64,000 bases of DNA from a virus (Duplodnaviria; Caudoviricetes): positions 32,001 to 96,000 of the IMG/VR virus record IMGVR_UViG_3300037851_000141, one strand, 5' to 3'. Position 1 is the first letter of the stretch. Every line of letters starts with the position of its first letter. Both the position numbers and the translations under genes were made by a program. Under the pieces are notes generated by a model. That model was not told the DNA's origin, ran no database searches, and saw nothing but the letters and a program-made list of their open reading frames with translations. Of the stretch, positions 37,571 to 48,400 are shown one piece after another.

Positions 37571-38334
37571 GACAAATACTCCGCAGTTTTTTCAGAAATA
37601 AGAGTTGCCCAATCCGTATCAGATAATGCCGTATCCCAATATGCGTATTCTCTCCAATGTGTATGGTTGTATCGGGTGTTATTGGACTCTCCCATTCTAA
37701 TAGAAGTGCCAGTACCAATTACCGTAGCCGTAGTGCCGGACCCGCTAGTACCATTATACCATGACGACCACTCTTGGGTTGACTTCATCCTGTAAAATGT
37801 CAAGAAACTGACCAACCTAGCCGCTACGGTGTCTCCATTGAATAATAAGGTGTTAACTATTCTGGGACTTGTACGATAGTAAACAGTTGGAGAAATGAAT
37901 GCGCGTCGGCGATCAAATGCTCGAACGTTGCCATCCCAGCAGCCGTAGATGTCTATAGCGTCGGTGTGCGCGCAATCCTCGGTGCAACCTACAAGCATCA
38001 TCGTAAACCCGACCGACCCCATGGCCGTGCGTATAGGATCGCCAACACCACCGACCTTGTAAAACGCACCACGACCAACAGTTCCGGTACCGTTTCTGCC
38101 CATATTAACACCAGTCTTGCCAAATACCAAACCTGTCTCAACAACCGGAGCATCACCCAAATGGCCAAGGGTAAAGCCAGCTTGCGTGCCATATGATGGC
38201 CAGCGACGAGGAACAGCGTCATTGACTGTGGAAGTCTGATCCTCTGCATGGTAATGAATACTTGCGGTCTGTATTATAGGAACCGTGTTGACAGTCCCTC
38301 TAAGAAGTGGTAGAATTCCCATTCCTAACATCAT
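37567..38334 (-). CDS. Putative lectin-like (ConA/LamG-type) virion protein (~255 aa)
   Basis: Start moved to the ATGA overlap at 38334. C-terminal IRMGE...HWREYAYWDTALSDTD resembles LamG-type ends; GC-rich. Confidence 0.55.
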   Translation of the reverse strand: MMLGMGILPLLRGTVNTVPIIQTASIHYHAEDQTSTVNDAVPRRWPSYGTQAGFTLGHLGDAPVVETGLVFGKTGVNMGRNGTGTVGRGAFYKVGGVGDPIRTAMGSVGFTMMLVGCTEDCAHTDAIDIYGCWDGNVRAFDRRRAFISPTVYYRTSPRIVNTLLFNGDTVAARLVSFLTFYRMKSTQEWSSWYNGTSGSGTTATVIGTGTSIRMGESNNTRYNHTHWREYAYWDTALSDTDWATLISEKTAEYLS

Positions 38335-40079
38335 GGCTGACCCTTCCAATCTACAAGAACATTGGAATCATTAGAACCAAGACTTTCCATCGTAACAACC
38401 ATCCATTTGCTCGCGGTTGTTGCCGATGGGGCCGCAGTCATCCAAGACCAACCATTAGGCCAATATACCGTTCTACTTACACCATTATCCCGTAATCTCA
38501 AACCATATACATTCCCAGGATTTAGATAAGATGTTGCGAATGTACAATCCGTATCTAATCCATCCAACACACCAATAGTTTCATTTGCTCTTAAATTTAG
38601 AGTAACATTTGAACTACTACTTAATGTTTGAAATGCTGTACCATCATAGCCATTTAAGATTCCAACAATATAACTTATTTTATAACCAGATACAGGAGGA
38701 ATTGCTGATAATATGACGTTAAAGCCAGTTGATGTTATATTATGGATGTTAGCTAAAATAAGATCGCTTCCAGAAGTAGGAACAACGACATTTATCATAG
38801 GGTGTGGATTTTCTATAGCGTCATGGGTAACGGTATATAAATTGGTTGAAGTGTTAAGATTTATTTCTCCAAGTATTATATGTGTTGCGCCAGTTATTGT
38901 ATTTATTTGAGTTTGTAATATATTAACTTGATTATTTGTATATGAAACTGATTGGTTGTAGGCATTAGCAGAAGCAGATTGTACATAGGATGTTGAAGCA
39001 TAATCTCCGGTAATAGAAACCATCCATACATTACTTGGAGATTCAACAACCCTTGCTCCACTTACACCTATAACATTGAATGAATTTATTTGAGTTTGTA
39101 AATTGCCAGAAACCGAAGCAACATCAACAGACTTTATATATTCAGTTGACGTATCGAACCTATTTGCTCCACTATTCCAAACAGCAACTCCACCATTTAT
39201 AGGCGAATTCTCTCTGGTTGCTACTGGTTGTAAGTCATTTATTTGACCGACCTTAAACGTATCTGTCAGTTCATCAAATATAATAGCATAATCTGTTAAT
39301 GAACCTCTATCAACAAGCAATCCCGCCGAAATATTAGTAACACCAGCACCAACCTCACCAGCATTAATGTAAATAATATTATCTTTTGCTGAAATTGATT
39401 CTGTATTTACAATAAACTGCGTGCCAGATACTATTAAATCTCCATTGACTGTTACATTATCTGTAAATACTTTATCACCACTAAATTGAGAACTTAATGA
39501 TGTTATTGTAGTAATTTGATTTTGTAATGATCCGGTTAAACTTTCTACTTGAGAAACTGTAGCATAATCGCCAGAAACACTAACTGTAAACGTATCATTA
39601 GGAGATTCTACAACTGATATCCCTGAACCACCAAGAATAATAGTAGTATCTACAGGGGAAATACCATTGATTTGTTCCTGTAAATAACCAGATATATCAG
39701 AAACTTCGGCACGGAATATATCTGGAGCCGGTTGAGACTCTAGATTGTCTAAACGTAAATCAAATACTGCTGTTATATTTTCTACTTCGGATCTTAATGT
39801 AGCATCACCGAAACTGCCAGAGACACTTATTGTAAATGTATTGGTTGGAGCTTCTATAACTTGAATTCCGTATCCACCATTTACTTCTATATTTGTACCT
39901 GAAATGTTATCTATCTCGTTTTGTAAATATGCTGATATAGCTGCTGTTTCAGATTTTGTAATGTAATTATTGAAATTCTCGCTAGATGATATTATATTAC
40001 CTTGAGAATCTATAGTTAACAGATTTCCGGTGTACCCTTGAAGATTGTTTATCTGTATATCATCTGTGCGTATCTTCAT
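38331..40079 (-). CDS. Fibre/appendage protein (582 aa)
   Basis: Three shared linkers; KDNIIYINAGE...AGLLVDRG segment; C-terminal VYWPNGWSW...APSAT domain. Confidence 0.75.
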   Translation of the reverse strand: MKIRTDDIQINNLQGYTGNLLTIDSQGNIISSSENFNNYITKSETAAISAYLQNEIDNISGTNIEVNGGYGIQVIEAPTNTFTISVSGSFGDATLRSEVENITAVFDLRLDNLESQPAPDIFRAEVSDISGYLQEQINGISPVDTTIILGGSGISVVESPNDTFTVSVSGDYATVSQVESLTGSLQNQITTITSLSSQFSGDKVFTDNVTVNGDLIVSGTQFIVNTESISAKDNIIYINAGEVGAGVTNISAGLLVDRGSLTDYAIIFDELTDTFKVGQINDLQPVATRENSPINGGVAVWNSGANRFDTSTEYIKSVDVASVSGNLQTQINSFNVIGVSGARVVESPSNVWMVSITGDYASTSYVQSASANAYNQSVSYTNNQVNILQTQINTITGATHIILGEINLNTSTNLYTVTHDAIENPHPMINVVVPTSGSDLILANIHNITSTGFNVILSAIPPVSGYKISYIVGILNGYDGTAFQTLSSSSNVTLNLRANETIGVLDGLDTDCTFATSYLNPGNVYGLRLRDNGVSRTVYWPNGWSWMTAAPSATTASKWMVVTMESLGSNDSNVLVDWKGQP

Positions 40080-40088
40080 TTAGTTCCC

Positions 40089-42446
40089 TTAGAATGTTGA
40101 CACTCTTGTTCCAGGAGATAGTATTATGTCAAAGTTTCCTGTTCCAGCATAATCTGTCTTTGAGACTCCTTTACTTGTATTTGATTCCTGAGCAATAACA
40201 TAAACTGGAGTAACATTATCAAACCAAGTAAACGAATAACTTCCATTTCCTACTCTTGTGGTCTGCATGATCAAAACATCTGTAGTTGAATTATACATTT
40301 TTATAGTTACAGTACCGCCACTTGAATTTGTTATATTACCAGAAACCGTGTAAGTATAATTATGCCAAGATAACCACGCAACAGCCGATACAGTTCTGTC
40401 TAATGGAGTATCACAAGTAACGTCAGTACTATTTCCGATAGGATCAAATTCATATTGGGATGTTGGTTGATTTGTATAACATTTTATTAATGGACACAAT
40501 CTCATACAGGAATATCGAACACCCAATCCAGTATCAATTCCAGTTAATCCTGGGTTTGTTGCGACCCAACCTAAACTGGCACCACGCTTAAATCTTAATA
40601 CACCAACTGAATACGCATCAGAACCATTATCAAATTGTTCATATCCAACACAACAAATAGCATATGATGATGCGTCTGGAATATTCCAATTAATTGTTTT
40701 GGTTGTTCTCAATCCAGTTGCCCAATCACTTGAAGATGTTGCGGATTTAATGTTTAATAAAGCACAAGTTGTTTTGTTGGATGAACTATAACTACATGAA
40801 TATAAAATATAAGATACGGCAGACATACCACCACCATTAGCCGGCGTTGTATCATATCTTGTTTTTATTGTTAAAGTATTTCTACCTCTAACGAAACTTA
40901 TTCCAGAACCGGCAATACCACCAGAATCCCAACGTTGAATTACTGGTATTGGTCCTGCGGTAGATGCTGGTGGAACTGTGTATGTTCTAGCAGATTGAGA
41001 ACCGAATGCTAACAATAAGTTTCCTGGGTCTGCTGATTGGTGTGATATTACTAAACTACCAGCACGAACTAAAGATGGGTTAGCATCTAAAATATTAAAT
41101 TGTACTTCTTTAACTGTTTGATCTGATTCAGTTGTTCCTGCTCCGTATGCGTCAGTTACACCGTGAGGGAAAATTAACTGTTGAAGTACTGTACTGTTTT
41201 CAGTTGGCTTGGTAAATGTATATGTAACAGTTAATAGAGCGCCGGCATGAGCCAATGTTGCGCCGGTTGCTGATGTTACTCTGGCCTTGATATCATGAGC
41301 AGAAGAATATGAAACGTCATTTCGTATCCATTGAATAATAGTATATAAGTCTGACTGTTGTGATGCGTCAAATGTTGCTAATAGTGTTTCTGTTTCAGTA
41401 TCTATTTGTCCATAAAAAGACCAGTCTGTTGTACCAGCTTCGTCAGTATTGAATAAATATTGTAAATACGTATCTGAACCAGAAATACTAGATTCTGGTA
41501 AAAATGATGATAAATTTGGCCAGTCTCCAGATTGCCCTATTAATGTTTGGGACGTACCAATTGCTCCAGTTAAACTATCAACGGGAAGTTTTATGGTTTT
41601 TATATGCGTTGATGATGTATCATCTTGATCATATGTTATAATAATCTCAGATGACCCGAAAATCGTATTATCTGATCCTTGGGTGCCTCTACCACAGAAG
41701 GAAAACCAAGCACTAAATGTGTGCGAATTTCCTGATGCCCAAGCTGTACTTGTGATGCTAGTTATATCTATATCTAGTATATGCGACCAAGATTCTCCGT
41801 GTGTTGTCTGGTTTGTTGTTGTCCAATCGGCAACTAAAGCTGAACTTGTCCCACCATCCCAGGCTCCACGAATATACAGTCTTTCCAATGATACAATTTC
41901 AGATGAACCGAATATTATACGAAGGGAAGCAAACCGTATATTTCTCGGAGATGTCATATCTGGAATAGTAATAGATTTGGCAGAAGCAAATTCCCATTGT
42001 ACACCAGCAGATAAAGATGACAGGGTACCGCCAGTTCCAACTCCAGTACGACGCATTCTAACATAATACCATGGACCATCGGATTCACTATTTACTTGAG
42101 TTGTAACGAAATCGTCGCTTGGAAATGAAATTGTTGCGTTGTCTGTTGGAAGTGTAGTTACGCCAGTAGAAGTCCATCCACCAGATCCATATCTTTCCCA
42201 TAAAACTGTACCTGTAGGCGCGGTCGAAGTATCAAATGACATACAAACTGGTTTTCTTGTAAATCCGAAATAAATTTCGTCATTGACCGCGCCGCCCATT
42301 GGAACGTCTGCCGTAGCTGAACTATTTATATCAGTAGTTTCATCTAACCAAACTCCAGCTATCTGAGTCCAACATTTGCCAACACCCATTGTAGAATATA
42401 CCGTGTTTCCACCAGCAAATTGAACTGTATTAACTATAGTAGTCAT
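40089..42446 (-). CDS. Beta-rich virion-associated protein (785 aa)
   Basis: Ser/Thr/Gly-rich, in the fibre cluster; C-terminal beta-sandwich YTVSGNI...GSYSFTWF. Confidence 0.7.
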   Translation of the reverse strand: MTTIVNTVQFAGGNTVYSTMGVGKCWTQIAGVWLDETTDINSSATADVPMGGAVNDEIYFGFTRKPVCMSFDTSTAPTGTVLWERYGSGGWTSTGVTTLPTDNATISFPSDDFVTTQVNSESDGPWYYVRMRRTGVGTGGTLSSLSAGVQWEFASAKSITIPDMTSPRNIRFASLRIIFGSSEIVSLERLYIRGAWDGGTSSALVADWTTTNQTTHGESWSHILDIDITSITSTAWASGNSHTFSAWFSFCGRGTQGSDNTIFGSSEIIITYDQDDTSSTHIKTIKLPVDSLTGAIGTSQTLIGQSGDWPNLSSFLPESSISGSDTYLQYLFNTDEAGTTDWSFYGQIDTETETLLATFDASQQSDLYTIIQWIRNDVSYSSAHDIKARVTSATGATLAHAGALLTVTYTFTKPTENSTVLQQLIFPHGVTDAYGAGTTESDQTVKEVQFNILDANPSLVRAGSLVISHQSADPGNLLLAFGSQSARTYTVPPASTAGPIPVIQRWDSGGIAGSGISFVRGRNTLTIKTRYDTTPANGGGMSAVSYILYSCSYSSSNKTTCALLNIKSATSSSDWATGLRTTKTINWNIPDASSYAICCVGYEQFDNGSDAYSVGVLRFKRGASLGWVATNPGLTGIDTGLGVRYSCMRLCPLIKCYTNQPTSQYEFDPIGNSTDVTCDTPLDRTVSAVAWLSWHNYTYTVSGNITNSSGGTVTIKMYNSTTDVLIMQTTRVGNGSYSFTWFDNVTPVYVIAQESNTSKGVSKTDYAGTGNFDIILSPGTRVSTF

Positions 42447-42477
42447 TTAAGCTTCTCCGAAAGAGTATTATATTGTA

Positions 42478-45400
42478 TCATGTTTTCTTAACCTTTAATG
42501 TCAATCGTAGATTAGAACAATTTGATGCTGATTTAAGATAATATCCAACAACATCATTTCTGACAATAGTTGTATTAGTCCAGCCAGATAAGTCTGTGTT
42601 TCTTACATATTGCTGATTAGTTAGGATTGGATTGCCCGTTCCCGAAATCTTATTTGCCACTGTTGGAATATTATCATTAACTTTCCAGACTTCAATTTCG
42701 GCAGACGCACCAGATGTATTAGCCAACATGGTGTATGCCATTATAGTGCCATTATAACTTATTGTGTTATATCCTATAGATCCTGATATTGGAGTTGACC
42801 CACCACCATCAAATACAACACCAGTATCAACCAATAGAACATCAGCATCCGAATCTATATTAGCATCGGTTACTGAGGATAAACTGCCACCAGCACCACC
42901 AGATATTGTAATAGTTTGTCCTGATTGAATTAATTGAATGTTTGGGCCTGCTGATAAAACAACTGCACCAGATAATCCATTTATAGTTGTTCCATTTCCA
43001 CCAGTTATATTGTCTATTTGGAATTGTAGATATCCACTTATTTCAGCAGTTTCAACATCAGTTACGTATCTTAATGGTAATATATTGCTAACCCAAGTTT
43101 CATCTTGTATTGAGTTATTGACACTGACCAGATTATTTCTATTAGTTAATTGGCCTGAATAATCTGGTCCGACACTTGTAAACCAGAATTTAGAATTTTG
43201 TAATGTTATTGAAGTTGACGTTTCTACATTTATAAATCTCTTACTATTGTGTGAATCGACCCCTTGAATTATAAACTCTTTGGAATAACATCCGTATAAG
43301 CCAACACCATCACAAGAAGAAATATTATATGCTATACCTGGAGTGTCTGGCATTATAGCAGCACGATATGTTGTTGCTTCGGTTCCACAACCATTTAATG
43401 TAATTGCTTTACTGGCTGAGAAGTTGTATCCATAAGAACAACTATCAGCAGAACAACCTTGGAATGAACAATATGATGATGATTGAATGAGATATCCACA
43501 ATAGATGGCACCATTCGCATAGCAACTTAACCAAGAACAACCTGTAGCTGTTGATACTCTCCAAGCATTACCACCAATATCTTCGGTACGGCAATTCTTC
43601 CAACAACTTGATACTGGTATACTGATTCTATATCCATCTCCAGCCATTTGATATAATTTAATATTTTCATATAAGTTATTAAGGGCATTATTTGTTGCGT
43701 CTACTCTGATACCACTACTATTTGTCGCATCTATACCAGCACCACGAATACCAATATCTCTTATTATTAGATAGTGTATGTCATTACCAACTCCACCATC
43801 TAACATATATTGAGTTCCGCCACCATTCCAAGTAGCACCTACACCATAAACATTTGTTCTTATTTCAGATGCTTCGGCACCAACACCCATTATTTCTATA
43901 TAACTGTATATTGTTAATGGTTGACTAATTAAGTATATACCTTCTGGGAAGAATACTACACCACCACTAACTGCCGCAGTATTTATGGCATTTTGTATTG
44001 ATGTTGTATCATCGCTAGAATTATCACCTTTAGCTCCAAAATCCTTAACATTATAGAATATCTTAGTTTGTAATTGTCCAGATATTGTTGATACTTGTGT
44101 TGTTGTAGCATAATTACCGGAGACACTAACCGTAAATGTATTAGCTGGAGACTCAACAACTTGTATTCCGTTACCACCTAATACTGTAGAACCCCCTCCT
44201 GGTTGAATGTTATCTATCTCATATTGTAAGTAACCGGAAATATTAGATACTTCTGTGCGATAAATGTCTGGAACTGATGCGCCGCTACTAACTATTCTTC
44301 CTATTGAGTCTGATACTAATATCTTACCATCAACAATAGGAGTCGTGAGTGAACCAGATGTACTTATGTTTCCGGTTGCGCTTATTATTTCGTTTACGTA
44401 TAATCTTTTACCTACCGCAACACCACCAGCAACAACTAATGCGCCTGAAGTTGAATTCGTTGACACAGTAGTGGCAGGAATATATACTTCGGTGTGATTT
44501 GTTGATTTGCCAAGAATAATTTGTTTTGACTTGGTTGATGTTGCTTGATATCCTATTGCTACACTTGTATCGAATCCATTAGTCGTTGCCTCTCGACCGA
44601 TAACAACTGAATTTGATCCGCCAGCACTAGCATCTTTTCCAAGGGCAACACCACCTATGCCTGCCGAAGTTGCTCTACCTACGATAACACAGTCTGTGGC
44701 TGTATCTGATGGTCTACCTATGATTACGGAGTTTGTTGTTGATCCAAAACTACCGCCATTAGATAGTATGACCGCATTTGTAGCGTTATTTGCTCCTAAA
44801 TCTACATTATTTCCTACCAATAGAATATTATAAGATGTACTTGTTTTGTTTAATGTTGATCCAATAAATACATCTGGTGTCGTGGAACCAGCGCAAGTTA
44901 TTGTTATGTTTCTACCGAGTAATAGTCCTCCCAGATTATCTTTTACATCATTCCACGTATTATTATTGCCTATATTAATACCGTTACGAGTAGGAGAATA
45001 TTCGATTCTTGTTGCTCCACTGGTTCCAGCATACGCAACCAATGCTCCGCTAATCTGTAGCGTTTCACTTCCCGAAGGTATCAAGCCAATTCCGACTTTT
45101 CTTGTGGATTGAATTATATTTGAGTCGGAGAGTTTTCCTCCACTAACAACTGGTATATACGTTTCGGTTAATCCATTTGATCCAATATAATTACCAGAGA
45201 CGCTAACCGTAAAAGTATTAGCTGGAGACTCAACAACTTGTATTCCAGTTCCACCTAATACTGTTGATCCTACTCCCGGTTGAATGTTATCTATCTCATA
45301 TTGTAGATAAGCAGACACCGCAGCAGTTTCGGTTCTTAGAGTATAATCTGATAATGGAATAGCATTTATCTGTTGTTGTAATGACCCGGTTAAACTAGAT

Positions 45401-48400
45401 ACTTGAGAAACCGTAGCATAATCACCAGAAACACTTACTATAAATGTATCGTTTGGAGATTCTATGACTTGTATACCATTTCCACCTAAAACAACTGTAG
45501 TATCAACTGGACTTATACCGTTTATCTGATTCTGTAAATATCCAGATATATCAGAAACTTCGGTTCTTCCAATATAATCATTTGCTTGTGCTTGTGTTAA
45601 GTGATAGTATTCTCCTAATGTTCCGCCTTGTAAATTAGCAAGAGTATTATGATCGGTACTTCCTCCAGATATAGAAGCAGAAATAGTTATTTGGTTACTT
45701 CCATTATCAGTTATTTGTATATTTGAGCCTTGAACTAATGTAAGAGTTCCAGATAAATTATTTAACTTATTTACATATGTTGCTGATTCTATAACATCCA
45801 ACCTTCCATCTAATGACCCACTCAAAGTAGCAACAGTAGATGATCCGATGTAATCAGCATATTGCGCAGATGTAAGATGGAAGTATTCGCCAGCAGTTCC
45901 ACCCTGTAATCCACTTAAATTATTATGTGTGTTTGTACTTGACGTTGTGATATTTACACTTTGATTTTTAATATTAACTACATCAACGATTCTTGCATCG
46001 CCATTTGTTGCTGAGAATGATAAAGAATATTGATGGGTTATACGATATAATGCGATAGTTTCAGAAAATGGAAAATTACCTAAAGATAATGATGATAATG
46101 ACTCAGATTGCGCTAAGGCCAATGATGTGTAAATGGTCTGCCCAGGAATAATAAAAACTCCACCAGTACCTATGGAATTCGTAACTAATACATAATAATT
46201 TACCCAGCGGTTATTGGTTGTTATATCTGTTAATTGCCAAGTTGCACCAGTATATTGATTATATCTAATGTTTCCGGCGTTGATAAAATATGGATATGCT
46301 TCGGTTGAACTCCAAGTCCAGTCGCCAGAACCACCACTACGATATAATACAGTGTAAGGTCCACCACTAACTACACCAGACACAACATTTATTATATCCT
46401 CATCAAAAAAGTCTCCAGTAGATATTGAATATTTGTTATCTGCTGGTATATCTGAATTTAAGTTATAACTGCCTATAGTTAATCCACTCTTATATTGAGA
46501 ACCGCGAGTAAAATGTAAATAATTGTGGGTCACGGCATCCATTATTGTTCCGTGACGTTCTTCCAACAAGAAATACTTAGACAGCGTTGCATCAAGATAA
46601 ACATAAGCAATAGGTATAGTGGTTAGAAGATCCCAAAGTGTAGTCGAATATGTAAGAATACCGCTTAAATTATAATAGAAATAATGAGAACCTGATGTTG
46701 CTGTTATAACCTTTTGTTGTACACCAGTTTTACGTATTTTAGATCCACGACTATATATGTTATGCCCGCCGGAAATAGTAAATGTGAGTGAACCTAAATC
46801 AAAACCGATAACTGAGTCTGTTCTGTTCTCAAATCCAGTAGGTTCAAGTAATCCAGCAGAAATAGCGTCTGAAACTGAGGTTAATTGATTTTGTAAATAA
46901 GCAGATATCGCAGCAGATTCGGTTCTTAGTGTGTATAAGTTGAACTTGTTATTGATGAAACCAGATACAGCAGCAGTTTCAGTACGGAGTGTATATGAGG
47001 ATAAAGGGATAGCGTTAATTTGTTGTTGTAATGATCCTGTTAAACTTGATACTTGTGATACTGTGGCGTAATTACCAGAAACACTAACTGTAAATGTATT
47101 TGTAGGAGATTCAACAACTTGGATTCCTGAGCCGCCGCGAACATCAATACTATTTATTTGATTTTGTAAATAACCTGATACAGCAGAAGTTTCGGTTCTA
47201 GTTGTATACGAATTGAATTTATTATTTAAGAACCCTGAAATAGCGGCAGTTTCAACTCTAGTAGTATAAGCTGAAAGTGGTATAGTGTTTATTTGATTTT
47301 GTAAATAACCAGATACAGCAGATGTTTCGGTTCTTAATGTATAGCTTGATAGTGGGATATTATTAATTTGTTGTTGTAAATTACCTGAGATAGAACTTAC
47401 TTGAGAAACCGTAGCGTAATCACCAGAAACAGAAACAGTAAATATATCATTTGGAGATTCTATAACTTGAATACCATTACCACCTAATATTGTTGTTTTA
47501 TCACTTGGATCTATAGCATTTATTTGATTTTGTAAATAACCAGAAATATCAGAGGTTTCAGTTTTGGTAATGTAAGTTGATTCAACATTTCCAAGTCTTA
47601 TGTCGATTGGATTGGTTATATCAGTAATATTTGACGTAATTGCTATATAACCATCTGTCTCTGGAAACATTAACGTTATATCGCCAGACTGACCAGGATT
47701 TCCGGCAATAGTTATTTCTTCGCCAGCAACATCCAACGTCGATAAATCAAATTTTAACAATTTATCGGGTTGAGAATCATAATATATAGCAAAATCAGAA
47801 TCACTAAATCTATTGGTCGTTATTATAGAATTTCCGCCAGATTGACTATCTCCAAATTTACCGGCATGTATTATTTCGTAATCTAGTGGATTGTTAAAAT
47901 TCGATATTCCTTCTTTAACTAATATCCAACCTCTAAAAGAAGCATCATAAAAATTCTCAGCAGGATTTTCGAAAGCTTCAGTTCTTATTCCGGCTAAAGC
48001 CAATTCTTTTGTAAGGTATGTGTTTTGTCCATAGAATATATACGTTCTTCCAGATTGACCAAATAAATATATTCTCTGGATAGTCCAATTATTACTAGAA
48101 ACTGATTGTAGTGTTCCAGAACCATCATCATAACTATTTGGTGAAATTAATGTTTGTAATGTTGAATATATTACTCGGCCTTCTGTTGCTGAACGATATA
48201 CATAGAAAAATGATACGGGATTTGACTCAGCTTGTATAGATAAATGTGGATTTAATATTGTGTTTATTGTATTGGAATTTAATCTATAAATCGAACCAGA
48301 TGATTTCTTTAATGTCAAATCGGATGATGGATTTCCCGGTTCGTATATATTTCCTTCTATATTTATTGACCCTATTGATGACGCCAAATCTGCATATTGG

